From NCBI GenBank assembly GCA_951406725.2, contig OX597830.1, positions 10,106,001-10,170,000 of the forward strand: a stretch of 64,000 nt of DNA, given 5' to 3'. Positions 52,501-64,000 of this stretch are shown one piece after another; the first letter of the stretch is position 1, and each line of letters starts with the position of its first letter. The notes under the pieces were generated by a model. That model searched no databases, was not told where the DNA came from, and was given only the letters and a program-made list of their open reading frames with translations. The translations under genes and the position numbers were made by a program. This DNA is from Octopus vulgaris. Lineage: Eukaryota.

Positions 52501-53829
52501 TCACTCTATATATAAACACGTGCAAATTGATGTGGAGACAAAACATCCCTAAAGTTAGTAAGTCTATAATCGATTACGTTGATTGCTGTGATGACCTCAG
52601 AAATCACTAATCTGCACTCGTGACCCTAGACAATCACACTCCAGACAGAATATTAAATCGATAATGAAGACGCTCAACTTCGAATTAGCCAGATAATACT
52701 GAGCGCTGTCTGTATCGGTAGAAGTGTCATTGGAGTCGACATTTTATCGCATTTCATCATTCTTTTTAACAGATTTCGCATTAGATTTTATATAACCAGA
52801 TAATTGGCTTATTTGACTAAAGTACTTTGGTAAACCAGGAAGTTTGAAAGTCAGTGACGGTGACACAGTCGACCGGTTCGCTTTGGCAACAGCGATTTGT
52901 ATTGTATAACTTGTATCACGAATCTGTTTACTGTAAATTCAAGTACAGTATCAGATATTATCATATACATACGAAGGCACCAGATATCTGCCATCATAAA
53001 TAAATGTGTGTCAGCATGTGTATATGTATGTGGTTGTGTGCGCGCGCTAGTGTATGTGCTGATTACCTTACAACAAGTGCGTTTGAGAAGCTGAAAAGAG
53101 CGAAAGGCACTTCCACAAAAATATTTCTTGTATCATATTTGTGTTAATCTGTTTTAAAAGAGAACATTTTTATGTAATCAATCATTTTTAATTTGAGAAA
53201 ATCTTTTTCACACACATATACATGTATATATGTACGCACGTATGCATGCGCGCGCACGTGTGTGTAAGTGTGCATGTATATATGTTTGTACAAAAACACT
53301 TGTTTCCCATCGTTCACGTTGCCACTAGCCGTCACCAAATGAGAATTTACCAAGCGTTTTCCTATTGTAAACTGAAGAAAAACAATGATTAGCGGCAATT
53401 GAAACCATACCATTTCTGCACTATCTAGAAAGTCGATATCTTACATTTCTATGCTCGCTACGTCATTATGGTTTGTGATTTCTTTAAAATTGACCTAAGA
53501 ACAGCTTTTTTTAAAGGAGAAAGATCACATTAAAAGAATGAATTTCGATTAAAACATTTTCATCACCGTCTGTGGTATTTTTTTTTTATGTCAAAAATTT
53601 AAGTTATAAACGGCTTGATCCAACTCAACTTCTGGCATCGCCTCAAAAAGTTAGACATATTTTCTCCCACGCTGGCACGAAGTGTTATATTATTTGTACA
53701 ATGTAGAAAATATCCGATCGATACTGTCGAAGCCACGCCGGAAACAAGCTTACAGATCAGTTAGTGCTTAGATATATGGTCCAACGCCCTCTACACAAAA
53801 ATCTAGCTCATATCACATAACAACATCTA

Positions 53830-53964
53830 GTTACAATTTTTTTTACCTTGCTTGGTCCTGATCTATCCAACATCATCTCGAGTCAAATCAAGGAAAAAGA
53901 AAAACCCATAACATTCCAACTGTACCTGGAGAAATTCCTCAAAGAAATACCAGACAAACCACTG
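53830..53964 (+). mobile_element. Old CR1-like LINE C-terminal fragment
   Basis: [38 protein letters not shown] resembles GP.LFN.LP...FK..LD.FL..IPD.P. Confidence 0.65.
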
Positions 53965-53974
53965 ACATACTTGT

Positions 53975-54073
53975 GGGTGGGTGGGATGGATGGATGGATG
54001 GATGGATGGATGGATGGATGGATGGATGGATGGATGGATGGATGGATGGATGGAGGAAGGGAGGTAGGAAGGT

Positions 54074-54160
<87 letters not shown>

Positions 54161-54180
54161 CAATTAGGTAGGTAGATAGA
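53975..54180. repeat. Compound tetranucleotide array (GGAT)n-(GGCA)n
   Basis: Direct inspection. Confidence 0.95.
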
Positions 54181-55184
54181 TATTTCTTTGCTCGTTTAAC
54201 ATCAGTTTTTCTGAGTTAACGTAGATTAAGACGAGGTATTTAGGATTGCAAAGGCCAGATGGAATTTGTTGAGTCTATTTTTTTTATGACCAGAGATTCT
54301 TCTAGACGCCAACTCTTATCTATTTTGAAGTAAAGATTTTTTTTTTTTACTCAGGTTATAATGTCCTAGAACATAACTTAAAAGACTTCCCCCAGATAGT
54401 GCTATCAAGTTAGACATGGACTGAGTCATTAAAGAACAAAACCTAAGTTATCTATTCTAGTCAACAGGATTAAAATAGTCATCAGAATTATGTCTGGTGC
54501 GAATTATTCCCATAAGTCCTTCCCTGAGTCAACTGGTGTTACACCTCTTAAAGCAAACCTACTATTACCAATCCTGAACAGCTGTGAAATATTCTCCAAG
54601 AGACGCGACGTACTTGTGAGGCCTCTGTTTGACGGAACTGTGACAAGATTTACATTAAACGTGAGAAGCCAAATAAATGGTTGGTTATGAAACGAATAAA
54701 AATAATAATAATCTTTAGAAGTAGGCGTTAAGTTTACAAGAATAAATAAAAGTCTTGGAGTTTTTTCTGTTATGAAGGGAGAAAAATTGTGCAGCGATGT
54801 GCACTTGCTGACTTGATTTTGTTTTGGCAATTAATGGTGTAATATTAAAACATAGGAAGAATGAAGAAACAAGCGAAAGAAAATGCGGTATCTTCAAAAG
54901 AGACTTCCTTTTGAAAGAGTGATAGAGACAGAATATTATTCTCAGGCTTCAGATGCTAATTCTATGTCAAAGGAATACTTTTCGAGTAATTTTTACTGTC
55001 ATAAAAAAGTAAGTTGCTAAGTATGAAAGGCCAATTTCACACTGATTTTCGTTTGTGAATTTAAGTTTACATAGCGAAGCACATGCATTTTTATATGTAT
55101 GTATGTATATATATGTGTTCACACACACACACATATATATATATATGTATGTATGTATATATATAAGTGTTCACACACACACAC

Positions 55185-55229
<45 letters not shown>

Positions 55230-55230
<1 letters not shown>

Positions 55231-55461
55231 GGTGGCGAGCAGGCAGAAACGTTAGCACGCCGGGCGAAATGCGTAGCCGTATTTCGTCTGCCGTTACGTT
55301 CTGAGTTCAAATTCCGCTGAAGTCGACTTTGCCTTTCATCCTTTCGGGGTCGATAAATTAAGTACCAGTTACGCACTGGTGTCGATATAATAGACTTAAT
55401 CAGTTTGTCTGTCCTTGTTTGTCCTCTCTATGTTTAGCCCCTTGTGGGTAGTAAAGAAATA
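55230..55461 (+). mobile_element. SINE family A, full length
   Basis: Same layout as 4429-4664. Confidence 0.92.
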
Positions 55462-55867
55462 TATATAAAAGTAAGTTGCTAAGTATGAAACACCAATTTC
55501 ACACTAATTTTCGTTTTTGAATTTAAGTTTACACAGAGAAGTATACGCATTCCTATATGCGTAGAAACACACAGACAGACACGCACATATGTATGCATAT
55601 ATGCATACTCACGTAATACATGCATATACATATCTAAATGCACCGCTGGATTTATAGTTTCATAATAAAACATTCCTCTAATCAGTTGTATTACGAACTT
55701 CAAGGTATCTGAAGACTCTATATTCGCTTATGCGATATGTATTGAGTACAACCGTCAGAGATAGTTCCTGTATAGGTGTGTGTATCTATACCAATCTCTA
55801 ATACACATACACATGTACGTATATTTATATGGATAGACATACAAAGATAGAAATACATATACATTCG

Positions 55868-55957
<90 letters not shown>

Positions 55958-56278
55958 CACTGCGGCAATGTTGGAGCGCCATCTTGAAGATTTTTTTAGT
56001 TAAACAAACCGACCCTATCACTTCTTTTTTATAAGGTTAGTATTTATTCTATCGTTCTCTTTTGTCTAACCCCTTATTTACGAACACGGAAACAAACCAA
56101 CACCGGTTGTCAAGTAGCTGTAGCGAAAAATGGAGACACTAAAACACGCATATATATATATATATAGGTAGACAGACAGACAGACAGAAATGGTAAGACA
56201 ACAAAAGAATCAATGATACCTCGATATTACGTAAATGGAGGAATTTGTCTGTAAATGTAATACGTGACACACACACAC

Positions 56279-56321
<43 letters not shown>

Positions 56322-56465
56322 TGGCGGTTCTTTCAATTTCTTTTTACTATATTAACCCACAAAGATTTAATCGGCCCGAGGCTATAGTAGAGAACACTTG
56401 TCCAAATTGGGACTGAAACCGGAACCCTGTGATCCGGAGGCAAACTTCTTACCACACAGCCACGC
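55958..56465 (-). mobile_element. SINE family B, diverged, expanded middle
   Basis: 3' half ~55958-56135, head ~56325-56465. Confidence 0.7.
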
Positions 56466-56929
56466 CTATATATGTTTGTATATTCTAGTATAGAAATGCA
56501 AACACACACAGGCAGGAAGACAGTCAGACAATCAGATTAGAAAGAAACAAATACAACAGAAATAATGAAATATAAGACAAAGTTTAGGATGAGTCAGACA
56601 GATGGCAAATACAGAGATAACGCCATTTCTTCATATATACATACATACACACACATACATATATATATATTTGTATATTATATATTTTATGGAATTGTCT
56701 TTTTCTCTATTCTTCTATGTCTGTAGCTGTGTTTCGCGTGTGTCTGTAAACATGAGCATGTTTGTGTATGCGTGACTGTAGGGTGTAGAATTGTCTTCAA
56801 CAATTTGTATATCACGATTTCTATATATCCATGTATATTTAGTTTTCTCTGTGTTATATGAACGTCCATCTATCTAGGGTCCACATACACACACACACAC
56901 ACACACACATGTATGTATATATTTTTATT

Positions 56930-58210
56930 TCTACATGTATGTATGTGTACATATATATATTTATGTATATATGTTTATATTTATATATTTATATGTATGT
57001 ATGTGTATATATATATATATATTTATATGTATGTATGTGTATATATATATATATTTATATGTATGTATGTGTATATATATATATATTTATATGTATGTAT
57101 GTGTATATATATATATATATTTATATGTATGTATGTGTATATATATATATATTTATATGTTTGTATGTGTATATATATATATATATTTATATGTATGTAT
57201 GTGTATATATATATATATTTATATGTATGTATGTGTATATATATATATATTTATATGTATGTATGTGTATATATATATATATTTATATGTATGTATGTGT
57301 ATATATATATATATTTATATGTATGTGTATATATATATATATTTATATGTATGTGTATATATATATATATATTTATATGTATGTGTATATATATATATAT
57401 ATTTATATGTATGTATGTGTATATATATATATATTTATATGTATGTATGTGTATATATATATATATTTATACGTATGTATGTGTATATATATATATATTT
57501 ATATGTATGTATGTGTATATATATATATATTTATATGTATGTATGTGTATATATATATATATTTATATGTATGTATGTGTATATATATATATATTTATAT
57601 GTATGTATGTGTATATATATATATATTTATATGTATGTATGTGTATATATATATATATTTATATGTATGTATGTGTATATATATATATATATTTATATGT
57701 ATGTATGTGTATATATATATATATTTATATGTATGTATGTGTGTATATATATATATATTTATATGTATGTATGTGTATATATATATATATTTATATGTAT
57801 GTGTATATATATATATATATTTATATGTATGTGTATATATATATATATTTATATGTATGTATGTGTATATATATTTATATGTATGTGTATATATATATAT
57901 TTATATGTATGTATGTGTATATATATATATATTTATATGTATGTGTATATATATATATATATTTATATGTATGTATGTGTTATATATATATATATTTATA
58001 TGTATGTATGTGTATATATATATATATTTATATGTGTATGTGGAGGTATATATATATATATATGTATGTATGTATATATATATATTTATATGTATGTGTA
58101 TATATATATATATATATGTATGTATGTGTGTATTATATTATATTATATATATGTGTATATATATATATATATTTATATGTATGCATGTGTATATATATAT
58201 ATGAATGTGT
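56930..58210. repeat. ~32-bp-unit minisatellite, about 40 units
   Basis: Repeated tttatatgtatgtatgtg(ta)n; ttt spacing of 32 at 57498/57530/57562. Confidence 0.95.
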
Positions 58211-58224
58211 GTATATATGTGTGT

Positions 58225-58452
58225 GAGGTCAGTGGTTAGGGCAGCGTAATCGCGTTAGTGGGATCCCGGTTTCGATTCCCATTGTGAGTGTTTATTGGGC
58301 GAAAACACCTAAAGATCCCCCGAGGCTCCGGCAGAGAGGGTGACGAACCCTGCTGTACTCTTTCTCTCACTCTTTCTTCCTGTTTCTGTTGTACCTGTAT
58401 TTTCAAAGGACCAGCCTTGTCACACACTCTGTCACGCTGAATCTCCCCAAGG
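58225..58452 (+). mobile_element. SINE family C with internal deletions
   Basis: cagtggttagggcagc, gtttcgattcc, body to ctgaatctcccc. Confidence 0.85.
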
Positions 58453-58543
58453 ACATGAAACCAATGATAGCTTTAATACACAAATAAAGAAATTTCATCC
58501 CCAATGTGGTCTTATGCACTCACTCTCGTCGTTCGACGTTAAC

Positions 58544-58589
<46 letters not shown>

Positions 58590-58787
58590 CATAGATGTAC
58601 TTGCATAGCCAGTGACTTGAGCTGAGATCGTGTGCTGGAATGAAAACAATTGCAGCATGGAAGGTGTTTATAAGCCATTTAAGAAACACACAAAACCGTT
58701 AGATTCACTTCAACATTTAAATTAAATTTGTTAAAATATTTTCGTTGCGACCTGTTCACTGACAAAGCTTCGTGCTGCATCTCCCAT
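58590..58787 (-). mobile_element. Short element embedded in (TA)n with a hammerhead-like fold (58727-58766)
   Basis: Flanked by (TA)n on both sides; minus strand tttgtca-gtgaacag-gtcgcaac-gaaa-atattt-taacaaa; core non-canonical. Confidence 0.4.
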
Positions 58788-60147
58788 ACATATATATATA
58801 TATATATATATATACATACTTGCTTGGAATAATTAACACGTACTCACCCATATAAACACACTGACAAATATTGTTACCCATGTGATGTTTACTTTGACAG
58901 TTATATACAAGGCACCACTGTGCATAAGATGATGTTCTACGTTTGAAGTCTTCTATTTCACTAAGAAGTACATTATCCTCCAATATGGACCTAATCTCAA
59001 ATAAAAGCCCGAACTTGTCTCAACTTGCCGGCACCGTCAATAGCAAACCTCAGTGTAATGTATTGTTTTGTTTTGTTTTTCCACTTTAAAAACTTCAGGC
59101 AAAGACATCACTAAATAAATTTCAAGATAGACAATTTTCTTAATTCTTATCAAAAAGGAACCAACCTATAGATCAAAATCAAAAGGTTTTACGATTTTAA
59201 AATCTCCGATCCTTTTCGCTTATTCGTTAGAGCGTCAGAAAAAATATCTTAGGATTTATTTCCCGCTCCTTAATTGTTGCGTTCAAATTCAGCTGAAGTC
59301 AGCTTTGCCTTTCATATTTTTAGCATCGATCTCATAAATTATAGGGGTCGAAAGTATCAGCTAATTCCCGCCTTTCACAAGTTTCAGACATCGGGGTTAT
59401 ACTAAAATCTTTTTTTTACCCCAATGATGAGTGCTTAAAATTGATTGCACGAAACACTTAGGCATTATAGAATGATTCTTTTTACAACAATCCAGTTTTA
59501 AAAGAGTTTATAAATTTCATACATATGGATATTGAGCACTTCTCTGTGGTTTTGATGTAAATACTGACATGTAATAATAATCATATATATATATATGTGT
59601 GTGTATGCGTCGGCCTGTGTGTGTGTTATAGCGTGTGCATATATCTCTGTAAATAAGTGATGCTTCCACGTTGCTGATATACACCATACATAGACAATAT
59701 AAATATCTTTATATAATTCTCCAGTGACTCTATTGTGAACAAAGAGTTAAATGTCCCTCTGGGTTTCTCTTCAAAATAAAATATTCGTTATAGCTTCATA
59801 TTATTAGAATATTCCTCAATCCAACGTTACATAACAATATATTTACAATTGTCTTGGAGATGGATTCGCTACAGAATTCTTGTTTTATTGCTAATTTATT
59901 CCTCTTATAATGATAAGTTATTGATGTTGACGAATTGATTTTGTATTAATGCAAGTTTTTGTAATTATCTGTATAAACATTATACATCCCTGTGTATTTA
60001 TATATGCATTGTTGTTCATATTTTTGTTTTTAATTTTAAATTTCCGTTAATAGAAGCCAATCTATACATTCATTTAGGCATAGATCTATGTATATATGTA
60101 TGCAATTCAGTATCTAATCACCTACGTATGTGCATGTTAATGGATGG

Positions 60148-60191
<44 letters not shown>

Positions 60192-60284
60192 TGTTTGCAT
60201 ATATAATGCCTATTACTATATTACTATACCATATTTTTAATATTTTTAAAATCTTTTTTTTATCTATATTTTATCATTAGTAAG

Positions 60285-60319
<35 letters not shown>

Positions 60320-60694
60320 TGGCATTCCTTGGTTACGACAACGAAGGTTCCAGTTAATCCGATCAACAGAACAGCCTGCTCGTGAAATTAACGTGCAAGT
60401 GGCTGAGTACTCTACAGACACGTGTACCCTTAACATAGTTCTCGGGGATATTCAGCGTGACACAGAGGGTGACAAGGCTGGCCCTTTGAAATACAGGTGC
60501 AACAGAAACAGGAAGAAAGTGAGAGAAAGTTGCGGTGGAAGATTACAGTAGGGTTCGCCACCACCGCCTGCCGGAGCCGCGTGGATATTTAAGTGTTTTC
60601 GCTCAATAAACACTCACAACGCCCGGTCTGGGAATCGAGAGCACGATTCTACGACCGCGAGTTTGCTGCCCTAACCACTGGGCCATTGCGCCTC
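60320..60694 (-). mobile_element. SINE family C, tail type 1, full length
   Basis: Reverse complement of the 24165-24536 layout. Confidence 0.92.
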
Positions 60695-61764
60695 ATTATA
60701 CCTATATGTATTTTTAGTATTCATATATTGTTATATAATATATTGACAGTTTGGACAATCCTTATTTTGTCTTAACTAAACCCGTATATTTATGTGTTAA
60801 TCGTAGTCTGCCTGATTTGATCTTTTTCCATTCTATCCTCTATACTTAATCTAACGCCTCAGGTTCGACTTGAACACTTCTACGCTATCTATGTGCTTCG
60901 TAAGAAAATTATAAACATATATAAACACACACACATATATATATTTATGAGAAGATGAGAGAGAGAGAGAAATAGTTTGACAGACAGGCAGATTGATAGA
61001 CAGGCAGACTGAGAGACAGGCAGACAGGTAGATTGACAGACAGGCAGACTGATAGACAGACAGATAGATACATACATACATACATACATACATACATAAG
61101 CTGGCTAGTATGTACTGTGTAGCTCCAATAATAATAGACATGATGATGCAAATTCCTTATCAATGTCCTCTTTCTCTCTTTTCTAACCACATTGGTGTCC
61201 AGAGGGAATCTGATTGCCACATCAAAAAGTCTTTTCCTATATATATGTAGATATATACACATACATACATATATACAGGTATATAAATATATATATATAT
61301 ATACATACAAACATACATATATATGAGTATATATATGTATATGTGTATACAGATAAACAGACAAAATAAACAGATAGATAGATAGATAGATAGATATGTG
61401 CCTGTTTATGTGTGTATATGAATTTCTGGAACTGGTTATGTGTTACTCGATAATATTATGTCAGAACTATGAAAACGCTGTACGCTCCAAACCAATTAAC
61501 ATTTTGACCTGTTATAAACCGCCGGCACATACAATTCGGTTTCTGCTTTCAACAAGATAAAATATACTTTAAGACACCGAAACCATTTTTTGATAAGTCG
61601 AATGTTTGAAGAGCTTTCACAACTTCGATAAATCTGCCATCCACCCGCTAGAAGATTGCTTAGGAAACTTCTAATGTTATACCTCTGTTCAAAATGAACG
61701 ACCGCACATCACTTGTCAATTATTGTCCAATCACACTTACAATATGGCCATATTCTTTTCTGCT

Positions 61765-61963
61765 GTAGGCACAAGGCCTGATATTTTGGGGAGGGGTTCA
61801 GTCGATTAGATCGATCCCAGCACACAACTGGTACTTTATCGATCTCGAAAGGATGAAAGGCAAAGTCGACCTCGGTGGAATTTGAACTCAGAACGTAAAG
61901 TCAGACGAAATACCGCTAAGCATTCACCTGGCGTGCCAAATTTTTCTGCCAGGTCGCCGCCTT
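61765..61963 (-). mobile_element. SINE family A with the alternative tail
   Basis: ggcggcgacctggcagaaa...ggccttgtgcct on the minus strand. Confidence 0.88.
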
Positions 61964-62149
61964 AAGCAATATAACTATATTGTGAGGACCCTGTGTCAGA
62001 AAGACCCTTGGAATTTCTGAAACTCTCATGGCCTTATTCGACTCTCACACTTTGGATTTATTTTCAGCTGTAACTGATGTGGCGAACGCATAGTATTTCT
62101 TGGAGACATTCGAATCAAATTTGGTCGATGTCCTTTTTCTTTATTTTTC

Positions 62150-62372
62150 TTTTATTTGTTCCAGTCATTTGACTGTGGCCATGCTGGAGCACCGCCTTTA
62201 GTCAAGCAAATCTACCCCAGAACTTATTCTTTGTAAGCCTAGTACTTATTCTGTCGATCTGTCTTGCCGAACCGCTAAGTGACGGGGACGTAAACACCCC
62301 CACTATCGGTTGTCAAGTGGGACTGAACCCGGAACCATTGGATTGGGAAGCAAGCTTCTTCCCACACAGCCA
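62150..62372 (-). mobile_element. SINE family B with a central deletion
   Basis: 3' half joined directly to the head at cggttgtcaag|tgggactgaacccgg. Confidence 0.85.
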
Positions 62373-62640
62373 ATATATATATATATATATATATATATGC
62401 AAGTATGTAAATGTCTGTGCATATGTGCGTGTGTCTGTTGTGTGTATTGTGTGTGGTTGTGTATGACTATACATAAATACACACACAGAAAGATAAAGAG
62501 AGATTTTCATTTGCACTTTCTTATACACTTCGATATTGTCATATAGAGAGACAGGCAGATACGCAGATGTATACACACAGCCACAAAACCTGGCATTTGC
62601 ACAGCTTATAGACTATCATTCACACGCACACACACATAGT

Positions 62641-62681
<41 letters not shown>

Positions 62682-63399
62682 GTGTGTGTGTGTGTGTGCA
62701 CGTGCGTTGGTGTCTGTGTGTGCGTGTGCATTTATACATGTATGCAGACAAACGCTCATGCACAAATATATATTCTTGGCAAGTGAGAGAATCATTGGAA
62801 ATGAATAAGAAAGTGCAATAGAATTCCTTATTATTAGCTCATTAAAGAATTATGGATAACTCACTTGATCTGAAATACGTCTATGAATGTAAAATGTAGC
62901 ACAAAGAAAAGAAGGCAAAGAGGAAGGCGAAAAAAATGGAGGTTCTCTCGTCCTAAGAGCATCAGCGAAACACGAAGAGGTTTAACTGAAATATATGTGT
63001 GCACTCATTAGTAATCCTTGTTTGGCGAACTGACTTCCGCTGAATATCATATAATTGCTTTCAAAGCTAGCATTACTGTATAAGCTAATGTGTTTTCATT
63101 TCCTGTTGTTTTCTAAACAGAGAGAATGACAGTAACGTAAAAACAATGTCAGCCATATTGAACTCTACTTTCACTTTCAATATCTCGTTCTTTCTGTCAT
63201 TCCTCTTTTCCCTTTCTCTTTCTTGATTTCCTTTTACCTTTCTACTAGGATGTTCACAAGACGACATGTACACGAACTCTCTCTCTCTCACACACACACG
63301 AACACACGTATTTACATATATGCAATATGAATGTGTGTGTGTATATATATGTATGTGTACGTTCATTATACTCTAAAATCCTCTCCTCGACTTAGCATT

Positions 63400-64000
63400 T
63401 TGAATTTTTATCTTTATTTCTACACTACACACTTTCCTCTTTTCTCAATTTTCTGCTTACATCCCTCCTGTCTTACATCCTTCCATCTTCTATTTCTTTT
63501 CCTCCTCTATCTTTCACATTTCTTCCCATTCTTCTTTTTTCTCCACCCACCACCTTTTTTGTACTACATATATTCCTCTTCCAATTCTTTCTCATCTAAT
63601 TTATACAATTTTTTCTTAAAATCTTCTTAAATTTTGTTTCTCTGTCTCATCTGTCTTCTCATTTACCTTCGTATTTGTCGACATTTCCTCGTTTCTACTC
63701 CAGTTTTTAAGATTTTCTCTTTCATGCTTTGGGTTCCTTATATTTCGTTTCGGTTTTTACTTCACTCACGTCCACAATCCTTATTTTCAGTTCCCATCTT
63801 AGTATTTTTCTGTGATTGCATCTTACACATTTTGCTTTTTATAAATTATCTCCTTACCATATCTGAAACTGGTATCTTCTCTATTTTCTCCATCCTCTCT
63901 TATCCTACTTTTCTTTTCTTCTTCATCTACGTTTCTCTCCTCTTCCTTTTTACTTTCTTTTTTCATCTTTTATTATCTCCCCTCTCTGGTTTATTTTTAC
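63400..64000. repeat. Long pyrimidine-rich low-complexity tract
   Basis: ~600 bp strongly C/T-biased on the + strand. Confidence 0.85.

Noticed and set aside
56858-58239. 434-448 aa ORFs in all three + frames
   Set aside because: Translation of a stop-free TA/TG minisatellite (Y/I/M/C/V only); not a gene.

Overview
AT-rich, repeat-saturated animal intergenic or intronic DNA, most likely an octopus genome. That call rests on my recollection of octopus tRNA-derived SINEs and was not checked against a database. I find no credible host protein-coding gene, rRNA, true tRNA or CRISPR array, and the long ORFs in the track are microsatellite artefacts. The window holds four tRNA-headed SINE families (my labels A-D, dozens of copies) and 3' fragments of CR1, RTE and R4/Dong LINEs. 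It also holds Tc1/mariner, pogo/Tigger-like and hAT relics or MITEs, and many microsatellites and microsatellite-derived minisatellites. Most interesting: (1) about ten hammerhead-ribozyme-like motifs in Penelope-like termini, several at the apex of fold-back palindromes in (TA)n tracts; (2) two cases of nearby genomic DNA copied into a MITE between short direct repeats; (3) head-less tandem SINE arrays with one invariant junction at three loci; (4) 3'-tail swapping in one SINE family; (5) a nest of R4/Dong-like 3' ends in (TAA)n. Coordinates and alignments were read by eye, so ends are approximate.
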